Assembly (NCBI GenBank): GCA_951406725.2
Contig: OX597825.1
Location: forward strand, 33,232,001-33,296,000
DNA: 64,000 nucleotides
Source of the DNA: Octopus vulgaris
Taxonomy: Eukaryota
Direction: 5' to 3'
Positions 39,571 to 52,982 of the stretch are shown here, piece after piece. A model generated the notes under the pieces. That model made no database searches and had not been told where the DNA came from. It saw only the letters and a list, made by a program, of their open reading frames with translations. The position numbers were made by a program, and so were the translations under genes. Numbering within the stretch: position 1 is the first letter of the stretch; each line of letters begins with the position of its first letter.

Positions 39571-39711
39571 CTGGGGCATTATGTACAGAACAACTCGGCA
39601 TTGGAGTTGGGTTCATTTCTTCTAACTGTCTTGCTTCCGTCTCCATTTTTTTAAGCTCACGAGTTAATAAATCTGAAGGTGACTTTTTAATTAAAGTTAA
39701 GAACATGTTTC
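39571..39711 (-). CDS. DDHD1: DDHD1 exon
   Basis: tttctgcag|...|gtatgt, 141 nt, phases 1/1 match the neighbouring exons; NMFLTLIKKSPSDLLTRELKKME... Confidence 0.85.
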
Positions 39712-39815
39712 CTGCAGAAAGAAAAGGGTGTAAGAGTGAATGATAGCTAGAAATTCCAAAAACAGAAAATGACAGTACTTGAAAAGATGAATCTTAAATC
39801 TAAAAATCAACCTAC

Positions 39816-40050
39816 CCAAAGAATATCCAATGGTTTTGGGTAAGGATGAGGATTCTGCTTCAGTTTCTGTGGAAGATTCAGGAATGCTTGCAATACTGTG
39901 TTCACTACTTGAATCAACAAGAGTATCAGAAGTACTCCCTCTTCCGGAACACTCTGAATAGGGTCTCTTTAATGGGGCATCAAACCGTTGGATGTCGACA
40001 GGTAAAATAGATGCATAATGTTTGTAGATTAAGGGTTCAATGCGATATGC
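39816..40050 (-). CDS. DDHD1: DDHD1 exon
   Basis: tttttag|AYRIEPLIYKHYASILPVDI...IGYSL|gtaggt, 235 nt; conserved DDHD AYRIEP motif. Confidence 0.92.
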
Positions 40051-40156
40051 CTAAAAATAGATTGATAATTTAATTGAAAATGCTATGCTCTAATTTACAC
40101 ACGTCAAAAGTTGTCATAATTATCCTCCCTGTTGATAGCTGTGTGTGTAACATCTT

Positions 40157-40385
40157 TTAACTCTTTAGCATTTAGACAGGCCACATCTGGCCCAAATATT
40201 TTACCTGTTTTATATTCAAACTGGCCAGATATAGCCTCTCACACATACACCACAATATCATTGTAAAAGTAAATAATCATATCATTGAAATTTTGAAGCT
40301 ATGAGATAATGCATGAATAGTTCAAAACGATGTGAATAAATAAGCAATACATTTGACAGAGTAATGAGAATGCAAAAGGGTTTAA
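40157..40385. mobile_element. TTAA-flanked MITE
   Basis: TTAACTCTTTAGCA...TGCAAAAGGGTTTAA. Confidence 0.75.
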
Positions 40386-41101
40386 CATTAAGATTTACAA
40401 CAGATAGTTTCATACCAGTAGATCCTCACATACCCTAACAATTAATATTATGGATTCTACAACAAATGGTTACTTTTCTTTATATAGCAATTTGGTGATT
40501 AGAAACTAGTAAATTTAAGAACTTGCTAACGAATTCAGTACGGGCAGCTGTGTAATTAAGGAGTTTACTTTCAATCTAAGTGTTCCATGTTCAATCCTGT
40601 TGTATATGTATGTGTATATTTGCATCTCCTTAAATCGTTATCTCAAAAGTGATGGGAGAGGAGAAAAGATGGGGTTTTCAATGGTTTTCAGATGAAGGAG
40701 AGAGAACAGAACATGGTTTAGGTACAAAAGGAAGAGACAGACAGACAGACAGACAGAAAGAAGGTAATACAGAAAGGAGGGAGAGAAGTGAAAGAATAAG
40801 GGAGAGGTAGCCAAGTTAATGATGTAAGATTAACAGCACTATGGTTTGTAATTTAGAATGTATACTACTCTGTTGTTTATAAGCAAGCAATTCAACTTTC
40901 TCTCATTCTGTATGGTCACCATACAATTAATAAATGGCTAATTAACTTGTGCAAATTTTAAAGTCTTTAATGGGTCTGTGTAATGACAGAAATCATCATA
41001 TTGTGTCCCTGTTGAACAAATTCTATAACTAATATTTGAAAGTGGACCCAATATGAATAAAAATTTGAACTGTGAAATTTATGCAGAATAAGCTTCCTTA
41101 C

Positions 41102-41257
41102 AATTGGGTCGGCTGGATGGTAAATGTTGAAGAGTCTATGACACAAATGTGATGGAATGACGTTTGGTTGTCCATTGTTATCACAGCCATGAAGAGGAAC
41201 ACCTCGGAGAGTTAGAAACACAGCCAAAGGAGAACCAAGACAAAAGAGGTTTTCTAC
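41102..41257 (-). CDS. DDHD1: DDHD1 exon (start of the DDHD domain)
   Basis: VENLFCLGSPLAVFLTLRG...CHRLFNIYHPADPI, 156 nt, canonical AG/GT. Confidence 0.95.
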
Positions 41258-41989
41258 CTAAAAATGAAATGACAGAAAAAAAAAAAATTAAAACATCAAT
41301 AAATATATACAGTTTCTGAAAGAACAATTAGAGAAATCATTATGTAACAAATGTATAGATTACAGAGAAAAGATTTTCTAAATGACATTAGATTTTATTA
41401 ACAGCAATTTGTCACAGAAGAGACCAGTAGGTCCACTGATAAGACTTACTGGGCACACTGTAGTGTGATTGGTGATATAAACATGTTTATATCACTCTTT
41501 GTAAGTGATATAAACATGGGTCAAGCTGTCAGTGAGCTTGCTGTTCTTTTCTATCTCAAACTGGTGCTTATAGTATCTAACAGAATTTACATGAAAAATA
41601 TTAGCAGAATTCATATTTACTAATGCAAAATCTGAGAAATTTAATAACAAAACATCTGAGTCAATATTGGTGGGGATTGCATAATACTTGAGTGTGAAAA
41701 ATGAGGATAATATATATAAAGAAGAAAATATATATTATTGAGTTTTAGGCAGAAAAATTGGAGGTGGTGGTCATATTATATTCAAGACTGTAATGTAGTC
41801 AAGAAAATATGGAAGTTCATGGTAAGATTTCATTTTGATTGAATTGATTTTGGTTTCATAATCAATGCAGAGAACTGATCAGAGTAAGAAGTAAAGAAAA
41901 CAAAAATAAGCACACTTTTGATAAGAAAAAAGCCTGTTCATACTGCATTGATCAAGTGAACAGGCCAGATCAATCTGTTCATTGCAAAT

Positions 41990-42290
41990 ATTGTTTTCTT
42001 GTTGGTCTTTCATTATGATACTGGTTCATCCATTCGTTCAAAGTATATCTGAAAATTCTTCCATATTCAGTACTCATGTCTTGCTACCATAGGGCACCAT
42101 ACTTAGACATACTTCATACATTCTACCTCTTGTATGAAGAGAGTTATGCCCAACTGCTCCCTCAGCACACTTGTACTCTGCCTCACATTCATGTTGAAGT
42201 TACACATTCTATGCATCATCGAATTTTCCATACTCAATGGCAAATACAATGTCACTAACATTTTTCTCAACTTTGTAGATAAACATTCTG
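41990..42290 (-). mobile_element. Degenerate RTE LINE fragment
   Basis: Reverse strand LHTRGRMYEVCLSMVPYGSKT*VLN resembles the RTE KGRLY..CV...LYGSETW motif. Confidence 0.5.
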
Positions 42291-42340
42291 TCCTACAACT
42301 ATGGATATAGTAGTTTATTTATCAGATACACCCTTCAGTT

Positions 42341-42723
42341 GTGGAGGTGCAATGGCCCAGTGGTTAGGGCAGCGGACTCGCGGTCGTAGGATCGCGGTTT
42401 CGATTCCCAGACCAGGCGTTGTGAGTGTTTATTGAGCGAAAACACCTAAAGCTCCACGAAGCTCCGGCAGGGGATGGTGGTGATCCCTGTTGTACTCTTT
42501 CACCACAACTTTCTCTCACTCTTACTTCCTCTTTCTGTTGTACCTGTATTTCAAAGGGCCGGCCTTGTCACACTCTGTGTCACGCTGAATATCCCCGAGA
42601 ACTACGTTAAGGGTACACGTGTCTGTGGAGTGCTCAGCCACTTACACGTTAATATCACGAGCAGGCTGTTCCGTTGATCGGATCAACCGGAACCCTCGTC
42701 GTCGTAACCGACGGAGTGCTTCC
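42341..42723 (+). mobile_element. Full-length young tRNA-derived SINE, family D
   Basis: A box TGGCCCAGTGG, B box GGTTTCGATTCCC, CpGs intact, perfect 13-bp TSD ACACCCTTCAGTT (42328-42340 and 42724-42736). Confidence 0.9.
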
Positions 42724-43280
42724 ACACCCTTCAGTTAAAACTGTACCTCAAACATGAAAAAACAAAAAACAACAACATATCAAGCACACCTGAAGAAAGC
42801 TGTCTGTGTAGAAACACCAATGAGTAGATGTGAATAGATCATGCAATACCAAAACCATTTTCTATTGAACAGAAGTCAAGCATTTAAATTCCAGTCAATC
42901 AAGTGCTGTACGGGTATGTACATACACAGTTGTAAATATGTTCTGAAAGAGCTTATGAGAGCATAAGCACTAACTCAAGTTAAAATCCAGAGTATGTAAT
43001 CAAAATGGGTGCAAGATATAGGTGGCAACTGCAATAAAGGGTGCAATATACAGGTAGTTACACTAAAATATTCTTAAAATGGGGAAGAGAAAAGTAAGAA
43101 AGAAAAATATGAAAATGATAAGGAAACAGAGAAAAAAATTAAAAGAAAAGGACAAAACATGATTATGTTTGTTAAATAAAAATGAGCCCAGTGACTATGG
43201 GAAAGGGCATTACAAGACTAATTTCTACCAAACCAAAAAAGAATAATAAATTGCAAATAATCAAAATTAAGGATAATTAC

Positions 43281-43356
43281 TCGGAATTTGAGTGCTTGTG
43301 ACCCTTTTTGCTGTTTCTCTTGAAGTGAAGACAGTTGGGATTCAATTTCAGAAACT
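43281..43356 (-). CDS. DDHD1: DDHD1 exon
   Basis: ttttcag|(R)VSEIESQLSSLQEKQQKGSQALKFR|gtaatt, 76 nt; ALKF precedes VEN.F as in DDHD1. Confidence 0.9.
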
Positions 43357-43980
43357 CTGAAAACATAAATAAATAAATCATACATTATTAATGCACTGTC
43401 AGGGGGTATGCTTATTTCATTTGACACCTTTTTTCATGTACGTATGTATGTATAAAGTAAAGACCTCCTTCAGTCATTAATGACCATGGGATTGCACCTA
43501 GAAAGTTATCCATAGAGGTACAAGTCCAGGCAAAGTTGTTAATGGAAGACCAGCAGTCACCCTTCTCCATTGATGTTATCCAAGGGAAAGGCAATACAGC
43601 TTGGCACCAGTGACATCACAACTCATTTCTACAGCTGAGTGAACTGGAGCAACATGAAATAAAGTGTTTGCTCAAAAACACAACACACTACCCAGTCTAG
43701 GAATCGAACCCACTACCTCATAATTGTTAGGCTGATGCTCTAACCACTGAGCCATGAGCCTTCTTTATATATATAAATCTTTAGTTAAATATATTCAATG
43801 AGAATATTATATACTGAATTTATATTGAGTGGTCTATTGTATTAAAGTATTTATGTTTTTAATACGAGCAATTATATATATTTTATATAATACATTATTA
43901 TTAATATCAGAAAATCAATATTAGAAAATTCTTCCTGATATTAATAATAATAATATATATTTATTATATATATATATATA

Positions 43981-44222
43981 TCATCATCATCATCATCGTT
44001 TAACGTCCGTTTTCCGCGCTAGCACGGGTTGGACGGTTTCGACCGGGGTCTGGGGAGCTCGGGACTGCCCCAGGCTCCAATCTAGTCTGGCAGTGTTTCT
44101 ACAGCTGGATGCCCTTCCTAACGCCAACCACTCCGCGAGTGTAGTGGGTGTTTTTACGTGCCACCTGCACAGGTGCCAGAGGGTCTGGCATCGGCCACGT
44201 TCGGATGGTGCTTTTTATGTGG
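43981..44222 (-). mobile_element. RTE 3' UTR fragment (family B variant)
   Basis: (CAT)n-GTTTAACGTCCG..CTACAGCTGGATGCCCTTCCTAACGCC. Confidence 0.8.
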
Positions 44223-44245
44223 GGGGTGGTGGTGCAGAAATATAG

Positions 44246-44284
<39 letters not shown>

Positions 44285-44521
44285 CACACACACACACCAT
44301 TCAGCTTCTATTTCAGATTTTCTCAGAATTCATTTTTGGCATTGTTAGTTGTATAGAATTTTAACTTTTGTATTCTTCCTTTTCCAGTTACTGGACTGTA
44401 GCCATGGTGGGGCACTTACTTGAAGGGTTTTAACCAAGTATATTTTTTCTAGCATCTACTTTATAAATCTTTCTTGTATTGTGAGTGAATTTGGTAGACA
44501 GAAACTATGTGGAACTCCTTC

Positions 44522-44609
<88 letters not shown>

Positions 44610-44660
44610 CTTTTATGTTTCAGTCCAATAACTGTGGCCATGCTGGAGCACCACTATTAG

Positions 44661-44775
44661 AAAAGACATTTGCAGCACCTAGGTTCTGCAAGCGGTCACC
44701 CATCTAAGTACTAACTAGGCTCAACGTTGCCTAACTTCAGTGATCGGATGAGAACCAGTGTTTACAAAGTGATAT

Positions 44776-44778
<3 letters not shown>
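44661..44778 (-). pseudogene. 5S rRNA pseudogene
   Basis: Reverse strand GCCATATCACTTTGTAAACACTGGTTCTCATCCGATCACTGAAGTTAGGCAACGTTGAGCCTAGTTAGTACTTAGATGGGTGACCGC...GGTGCTGC..TTTT; 5' end missing, many substitutions. Confidence 0.85.
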
Positions 44779-44839
<61 letters not shown>

Positions 44840-46425
44840 CTGCCATGAAACAGAGCTAGTAGAATTGTATCCCACCCACAAGTAACAGCACACTTTTCGC
44901 CCACTCTACCTTGAGAAACCAAACTACATAACCTCTTCTAACTGCATCTTTTCCTTCCTCATATTGCCCCTTCATAAACTATGATTGTTTTCCAATCCCT
45001 TTTCTTACCCTCATTGCCCTGCTCACTGTATCTCCCCACACCCTATTTTTCTACCCAGGTTCTATGCTCAGATCCTTGTTACTTGTGAGTACACTCAAGC
45101 ACTACACCATCTCTCTTACACTTTTGCAGTTTCCTACTCTCTCTCTCACTGGGTAACCATGTCCCTCCTCTATAACAAGACACCTATTTCTGTCTCTCTA
45201 TTTCTCTGTCACTCTAACCTTTCATCATTTGATACTGGATCACCCCTCTGTTGTGGTAAGACACCTGCTTCTGCCTCTCTGCCATGCTCTAACCTTTCAT
45301 CCTCTGACACAAGTTCCCCTCCTCAAATGCCTCTGCCTCTCTCATAATCTCTTGTTTTGTGACTTACTTGGTTACCCTGCCAGTGCTGGTGCCACGTTAA
45401 AAGCATTCAGTCCAAACTGTAATGTGGTTGGCATCTAGAAGAGCATCCAACTATAAACATCATGCCAAAACTAACCTCGCCTGTGCTAGTGCCACGTAAA
45501 AAGAACTGAGTCCACTTTGTGGAATGGTTAATGTTAGAAAGGGCATCCAGCCATAAAATCCCTGCTGAAACAGATACAGTAGCCTAGGGTAGTTTTTCTA
45601 CCTGGCCAGCTCCTGTAAACCATTCTACCCATGCATGCATGCATGGATGTTTTTACTTGTCAAACCAAACAATGCAAAAGTGAAATAATTAAAAATCTAA
45701 GTTTTATATGATCTCAGTTTAGCTGGTTGATGAACCTCAATTCTACAGATAATGTGTTAGCAGTTAGAACATCAAAGAGATTTAAAGACAAAAATAGTTA
45801 AGTTAGTGTTAACATATGCAATGAATGGAGTATTATTTTTCATTCTCAATATATAAGTGTGTGTTTGCACAGTGAGGGGGAAAAACGATTATTTCAGTCT
45901 TTTTCCTGCAAGTATGAGAGGCAATTCGAGATATGTTTCAGTATCATTTTGACTGCATCAGCAAAACAGATTTTTACTATACTTGTTGAAGTAACGATGA
46001 ATGAATAACTAATTAAATGTACAATACTGTATATTTATTGAGAAGGGAAAACATGTAGAGAATAAATAATTCAGAGTCACCAACTCATTCCAACCATGTT
46101 AATAGGAGAAACAAAACTGATGCAAAATCATAAGGTTCTACTTAAGCAAGCAAACACAGACAACAACAACAATGAAACAAAAATAAACTTAAAGGAAATT
46201 ACAGCTTAAGACTGTATTACTGTATTTTCTGGCATACAAGACAAATTTTCAAAACCAAAATTTACAACCAAAGCAGGCAGGCTGAGTTATACACCAAGAC
46301 AACTTTGGAGGGTCAAAAATTCTTTGTGAAAAACAATAGAATCTGGGAAGAGAGTGAGGACATTTCAATGTTTACACCATATACCTCATCAATTTGTATG
46401 TCAAAAAATACTGTAGGCTCCATAC

Positions 46426-46493
46426 CTTGCTCTGGCACTGTCCATATCAGATAACAGATGAGTACTATCTTGCAACTGTTCTCGTTTTTCATC
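46426..46493 (-). CDS. DDHD1: DDHD1 exon
   Basis: catttag|DEKREQLQDSTHLLSDMDSARA(R)|gtatgg, 68 nt; phase 0 to 2 bridges the exons at 54364 and 43356. Confidence 0.85.
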
Positions 46494-46641
46494 CTAAATG
46501 TTAAAAAAACAAAAACAAAAAAAAAGGAAGAAAGAAAATACATGAACCAAATATGGTTAGATTAATTTCTGGATTCATAAGTGAGCTATAGATATCTGTT
46601 GTGTGCATGTGTTTGTTAACACACACAATACATGTGCTACT

Positions 46642-46818
46642 AATGTTTTAATGTGCTACTAATAGTTTTATATGTTGAAAAATACCTTAAACATATTCAT
46701 CAAACACAAACAAACAACAAACTAAACATTTCTAGTTTGTTATATGTGGTTTCTGTTTGATGGATATGTCTGAGGTATTTCTCAACATATAAAACTATTG
46801 GTAACACATAAAAACATT
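46642..46818. repeat. Intronic inverted repeat (~69-bp arms)
   Basis: AATAGTTTTATATGTTGAAAAATACCTTAAACATATTCATCAAAC pairs with GTTTGATGGATATGTCTGAGGTATTTCTCAACATATAAAACTATT. Confidence 0.85.
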
Positions 46819-47107
46819 TATTGTGTATATCAAATAATATTTATCTCTCCACCAGATGGAGAACTTTTTTGTTGATCTCACCATCATGGAACAGTTCAGT
46901 TTATATACACACATAAAATCATTTAATGTACACAGTGTCTCCATGACATGATACTATTAGAAACCCTTATTTTAACACTGTGTACATTAAATGACAATCA
47001 GCTCTCACTGGATGGAGCACAAGTTGCTCGTCTTACCTTTAATAAAACATGAAAAGTTAAAGACGGTGAAAGCAACTACACACAAGCTTCCTTTCGTCAG
47101 TTGACAA

Positions 47108-47431
47108 TTGGAGCACTGCCTTTAGTCGAGCAAATCGACCCCACAACTTATTCTTTGGAAGCCTAGTACTTATTCTATTGGTCTCTTTTGCCAAACCCAC
47201 AAAGTTATGGGGAGGTAAACACACCACCATTGGTTGCCAAGCGATGTAGGGGGAGGGGAACAAACACAAACATATACATATACGATAGGCTTCTTTCAGT
47301 TTCCGTCTACCAAATCCGCTCACAAGGATTTAGTTGGCCCGAGGCTATAGTAGAAGACAAATGCCCAAGGTGCCACACAGTGGAAATGAACCCAGAACCA
47401 TGTGGTTGGTAAGCAAGCAACTTACCACACA
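47108..47431 (-). mobile_element. SINE family A
   Basis: Family A body and head. Confidence 0.8.
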
Positions 47432-47438
47432 CCCACAT

Positions 47439-47481
<43 letters not shown>

Positions 47482-47510
47482 TACATACATACATATACAC
47501 ACATATAAAC

Positions 47511-47543
<33 letters not shown>

Positions 47544-47572
47544 TACATACATACATATACACACATATAAAC

Positions 47573-47605
<33 letters not shown>

Positions 47606-48179
47606 TACATACACACACATATATAAACATACATATATATATATATATATACACACACATACATACACACACACATATAAACATACATATATACACACAT
47701 ACACGTATATATATATAATGCATGTATATATATATATATATATACTCATATATACATATATACACACATATACATAATATATATATGTAAAAACATACAT
47801 ACACGTATATATATAATGCATGTATATCATCATCATCGTTTAACGTCCGTTTTCCATGCTAGCATATATATATGTATATATATATATACATATACACTCA
47901 CATATATATATACATATATACACATCCATACACACACACATACACACACACACACATATATATACACATCCATATAAATACACACACACACACACACACA
48001 CACATACACATCCATATAAATACACACACACACACACACACACATACACATCCATATAAATACACACACACACACACATATACACATCCATATAAATACA
48101 CACACACACACACACACACATATATACACATCCATATAAATACACACACACACACATATATATACACATCCATATAAAT

Positions 48180-48213
<34 letters not shown>

Positions 48214-48228
48214 TTATTCATATATATA
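47432..48228. repeat. Compound (TA)/(CA) microsatellite with higher-order units (TACACATCCATATAAATA(CA)n x ~7)
   Basis: Seen directly. Confidence 0.9.
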
Positions 48229-49615
48229 AAAGAAATGTTAACTACTATGACTATTCTTCACAGGTGAGAATGACTGTGCCTGTCAGATGATACGTTCACC
48301 CAACCTATCAGCCTTAACTTACAGCACAAAAAATATTGTCATTTGAACTTACAAAATTTCTAAGCTTAATCATGTGATCATTCTCTGCCAATCAAATTGT
48401 ATCCTAAACAAATACTAATTTGAGTCATGTTCTCTCCATAAAAAACAAGAGAATTTTCAAACTAGCTAGAAGTAAGATAATTGCAGCATAGCCCAAAGTC
48501 TTTCTATATCACTTAACTTTTGAACATCACAAAAATCTGAGAAACTGATTAAACCTTTAAAAATAAACCATCTGAAAGACTCCCAGTACATTTTCAACTT
48601 CTTTTTTCCATACACACACATCCATGCACATATACACATGTATACATATGTACAGTAAGTTGTACTGTTTGCCATTCTGTCAAATCATAGATTGAAAGAC
48701 ATCTAGCCAAAAACTGCCTTTTATAACATTGCATGAAGACTAAAAGTTCCCGAAACTATTAGTCACCTGGCATCAAATAAACAGATATAAATTATCTAAA
48801 TTGGGTCACCAACAAAAAACAACATCTAAATGAATTTACATCATCTTTTCAATTAGTTAACTATTTATTTATTATAAATATCATAATCAAAATATAATAA
48901 AATGATGATAAGCAACAGAAAGGATGGAAAAGACAGTGAAGCAGTAAGAATAACTTGAAGTGTTAACATAGTATCTTCACAGTAAAAGAGTAACAACTAA
49001 ACATTAACCCTAATTTTCAAAATTGATATTTAATGTTTCTTAAAAAACAAAACTGAATAAATAAATTAATGAAAACCATTATCTCTTATTCTCTTATATG
49101 TTTTGGTCACTGGACAGTCACCATGCAGGGGCACTGCCTTGTATGCTTTAGCTGAACAAAACAAGTCCAGTATTTATTTTAAAGTCTGGCGCTTATTCTA
49201 TTGGTCTCTTTTGCTGAACCACTAAGTCATGGGGATGTAAACAAATCAAAGCAATGATCCAAACACACATATGTATATATAGTTTCTGCCTACCAAATTC
49301 GCTCACAAGGCATTGGTAGGCCCAGGGCTGTTGCAGAAAATATTTTCCCAAGGGGCTACATAGTGGGACTGAATCCCAAACCATGTAGCTGCAAACGAAC
49401 TTCTTAATTACACAGTTATGCCTGGACCTGCAGACATTTTGTTTAATTCTTGAAGACAATAAAATTAGTAACAAATGAAAAATCCATTCCTTAGACCAGC
49501 CGTTCCCAGACTGGTTTCTTGCAAGACAATTTTTCCACAAACTTGGGGAAATCATGTGCATAACAAAACACAGTGAATTGCATAATATAATATATTTTAA
49601 TTATCACACATAAAT

Positions 49616-49660
<45 letters not shown>

Positions 49661-51529
49661 ATGCAAAAAATTCCCAGTAGATTGCGATACTCAATAAAAT
49701 AGAAATATAATTTTAATATTTATTCTTTCTGTGGAGCCTGACACCAAATGATTCACTACTCAGTACTGGTCTGTAGCTAGGTGGTAGTACCACCTGTTTT
49801 ATGAAATAAAGCAAAAGGAACAGTAAGAGTTTTTGGAAATACCAGAGTCGCAAACTAAACACCATGCATCATTCAGTTACATCCTTTTATGGACTGACTT
49901 TAAATTTATTTGTCCAAGTTGATAAAAAATACTGCCATGAGGTTGATTTGATTATCATACTCCACCTATTTCAATTTGTCTTTTCACAAACGTGAATGAA
50001 AATCAGTGCATGAAGCTGCTCATAGCTGACATACATTGTTCTTGCATTATGTCCATTGTGATATTTGTCTCTAATTAATCTGATATAAAATAAATCCCCC
50101 AAAACAAAGGAAATACCACAAGTTCTGTGAACACCACAATGCCTATAACAGGATTAACATTTTAAACTCTAGTGTTTTATTTACTGTACCAAACAAAGAA
50201 TACCAAAATTATGAGGCTTCAGATAATTCACATCACCTGTATCTCTGTCAAACTACTTCATGTGATTATAAGCACCTATTTGAAAAGGGAAAGGACAGGA
50301 CTCAAACCGTGTAATTATTGCTTGACAACCAACTATGATGCACATTGCACACCTGAGCATACTACTTGACACTTAATCTATATATTTTTAATGCTATAAG
50401 TTTAAAAAAAAAAAAGAAGAGAAATTAAAGATTACATAAAATTCAAGAACATTCTCTTTAGCAAGAGGTAGCCCCTAATTCTGCCAACTCTGGTTTGTCT
50501 GACTGAAGTGAAGAGAAGAAGAGCTATTTCTGTTTCAATACTGAGTGGTTAGTAATAAAGAAGGGACATCCAGCTGTAAAAGCAACTGTTACAATAAATA
50601 TATCATCCCAACCATGCAAAAAGGGATAATGTATATGAAATATCAGAAAAGCAAAACAGATAAATTAGTAATCAATAAGGTATATTAGAAGCTTTGAAAG
50701 AACAAGAGGATTAGAGATAATTAGCAACAATAACATATACATGTGTTTATGTGTGCACCCACACCAAGTGCACATATAAACCTGAGCATTAACCCTCGAC
50801 CTGCCACCAACATGCATTCTAATTATTCATTCATTCAGAGGCTTAGTTATCATTCTTGATGCTTGTCTATTGTTGTTGTTGTAGATTATTGAATTTTATC
50901 ACTTTTCCTGTTCCGTATGTATTTCTTTTTGTGAGCAGTGTTAAGATATAATTACCAGCGTTAAGACATAATTGCCAACGTTTAAAATCATTAAGTTATA
51001 AAAGGAAGATAAGTTCAACATAAGTTAATCAGATAATAAAAATAACTACATTCCTCATCATTAATTATCATTTAATGTCTGGCTTCCATGCTAGCATGGG
51101 TTGAATGGTCTGACAGGATCCAATGAATTAGAGGACTGCACTGAGCTCCAATCTCTGTTTTGGCATGGTTTCTATGGTTGGATGCTCTCCCTAATGCCAA
51201 CCCCTTTACATACCCTAATATGGTTGTAGTTTTATATTCTGTGACCGTCATTTGTAAATGATTTCTCAATACATATTACTATACTAACAGTGGCAATTCA
51301 CAGTAAAATATTCTGTGCTAATTGTAGAATATGAATACATTTCATTTGGTCTAATATATCGTCACCTTTGTTGTAAACAGAAGCAGGGTCTAGTATGTAA
51401 ATATGTAAGAGAGGCAAACATACAGACAGAGACAGTGTTAGAGTATTAAAAAAAAAATGAAAAAAGAAAGAGAATTATTTGAAAATGTTAGATACATCCA
51501 AACATACTAGTATAAGAGACGTAACTTAC

Positions 51530-51550
51530 TATTAATTCCATATATTGTTT
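51530..51550 (-). CDS. DDHD1: Candidate 21-nt DDHD1 microexon (KQYMELI)
   Basis: Long polypyrimidine tract, then tttatttcag|AAACAATATATGGAATTAATA|gtaagt; phase 0/0 and stop-free. Confidence 0.6.
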
Positions 51551-52373
51551 CTGAAATAAAATTTATGAAAGTGAAGAATGAAAAAAAAAAAAAAAATGAA
51601 TAAATAAAAGCAAGATATAAAAATTATGAAAATGGTTCATGGTTCCTTTATATTTCAATGAACCTACAAGCAAGTAGATATATTTTAGTGTTTCAGTGGA
51701 AATTATTCCTATCCTTTTATTTGCTGTCAATTCTTAGATGCAATCTACGAGAGTGAATACACAACCTCTTAAAGACCTCTCTGTATATGTCAACCTTAGA
51801 GAATTTAAGCATAGAAAAAGAAAAAAAAAACCTACTGGAGTTAACATGGCTCCCTTTGGCAGGGGTCAATAACAAATAGTAAGCATGTTTTGAAGCTGAT
51901 TCACTCCATTATACCTGTCCCCAACAAAGTAGTAATTATGTACTAATGCAAAAAAACAAAATGTGGTCGCTCAGCTTACTAGAGATAGCATTCAAATTAT
52001 CCTTGTATCACCCAATCTTGCCCTTGTCATCTTGAAAAAAAAAAAAAAAATGAAAATGAATTTGGAAAAGGCAAAAAAAAATCAAGAAAACATTAATTTT
52101 TTCCCCTTGAAATATTAAGCTGTCAACAGACAAAATGTTTGCATTCCTACAGCCTGGACATAGAAAAATTGTGGTTGTATGGTGAGAAGAATTGCAGGAG
52201 ATTCCAAAGCCGTCTGGAGGCTGTGGTTGAAGCCAATGGTGATTTTATAGAATATATTTACCCTTTAGTATTTCAAGATATTTTAACGTAATTTTGGTAA
52301 ATATGTCTGTGAAAATGAAAGGTCAGTGTTATTTTCATTTTTGCGTAATTTAGACAATACATTTACCACACAA

Positions 52374-52414
<41 letters not shown>

Positions 52415-52450
52415 CACACATTTATATATAAATATATATATATATATATG

Positions 52451-52488
<38 letters not shown>

Positions 52489-52598
52489 CACACATTTATA
52501 TATAAATATAAATATATATGTATGTATATATGTATATATATATATATATATATATACATACACACATTTATATATAAATATAAATATATATGTATGTA

Positions 52599-52636
<38 letters not shown>

Positions 52637-52744
52637 CACACATTTATATATAAATATAAATATATATGTATGTATATATGTATATATATATATATATATA
52701 TATACATACACACATTTATATATAAATATATATGTATGTATATG

Positions 52745-52776
<32 letters not shown>
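52374..52776. repeat. (TA)n-based minisatellite, ~5 units of ~70 bp
   Basis: Repeated CATACACACATTTATATATAAATAT...GTATGTATAT. Confidence 0.9.
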
Positions 52777-52780
<4 letters not shown>

Positions 52781-52982
52781 GAGCATTCACAAAAAAAACA
52801 ACCAAAAAGACGAAGACAGGTGGTGTAGACAACAAACAGATGTATTAGTATAACACTCGGAAAGTGAAAAAGTCTTTAACATTTCGAGCCTATGCTCTTC
52901 CACAGAAAGGAACACAGAAAAAAAAACAAGTGGAGAAAATAAAGAATGTGTAGTGCCTAGCAATCTATCATATATATATATA

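Noticed and set aside
42341-42420. tRNA-like sequence (also the heads of SINE A, C and E)
   Set aside because: Continues into a SINE body with a TSD and has no proper cloverleaf; not a tRNA gene.
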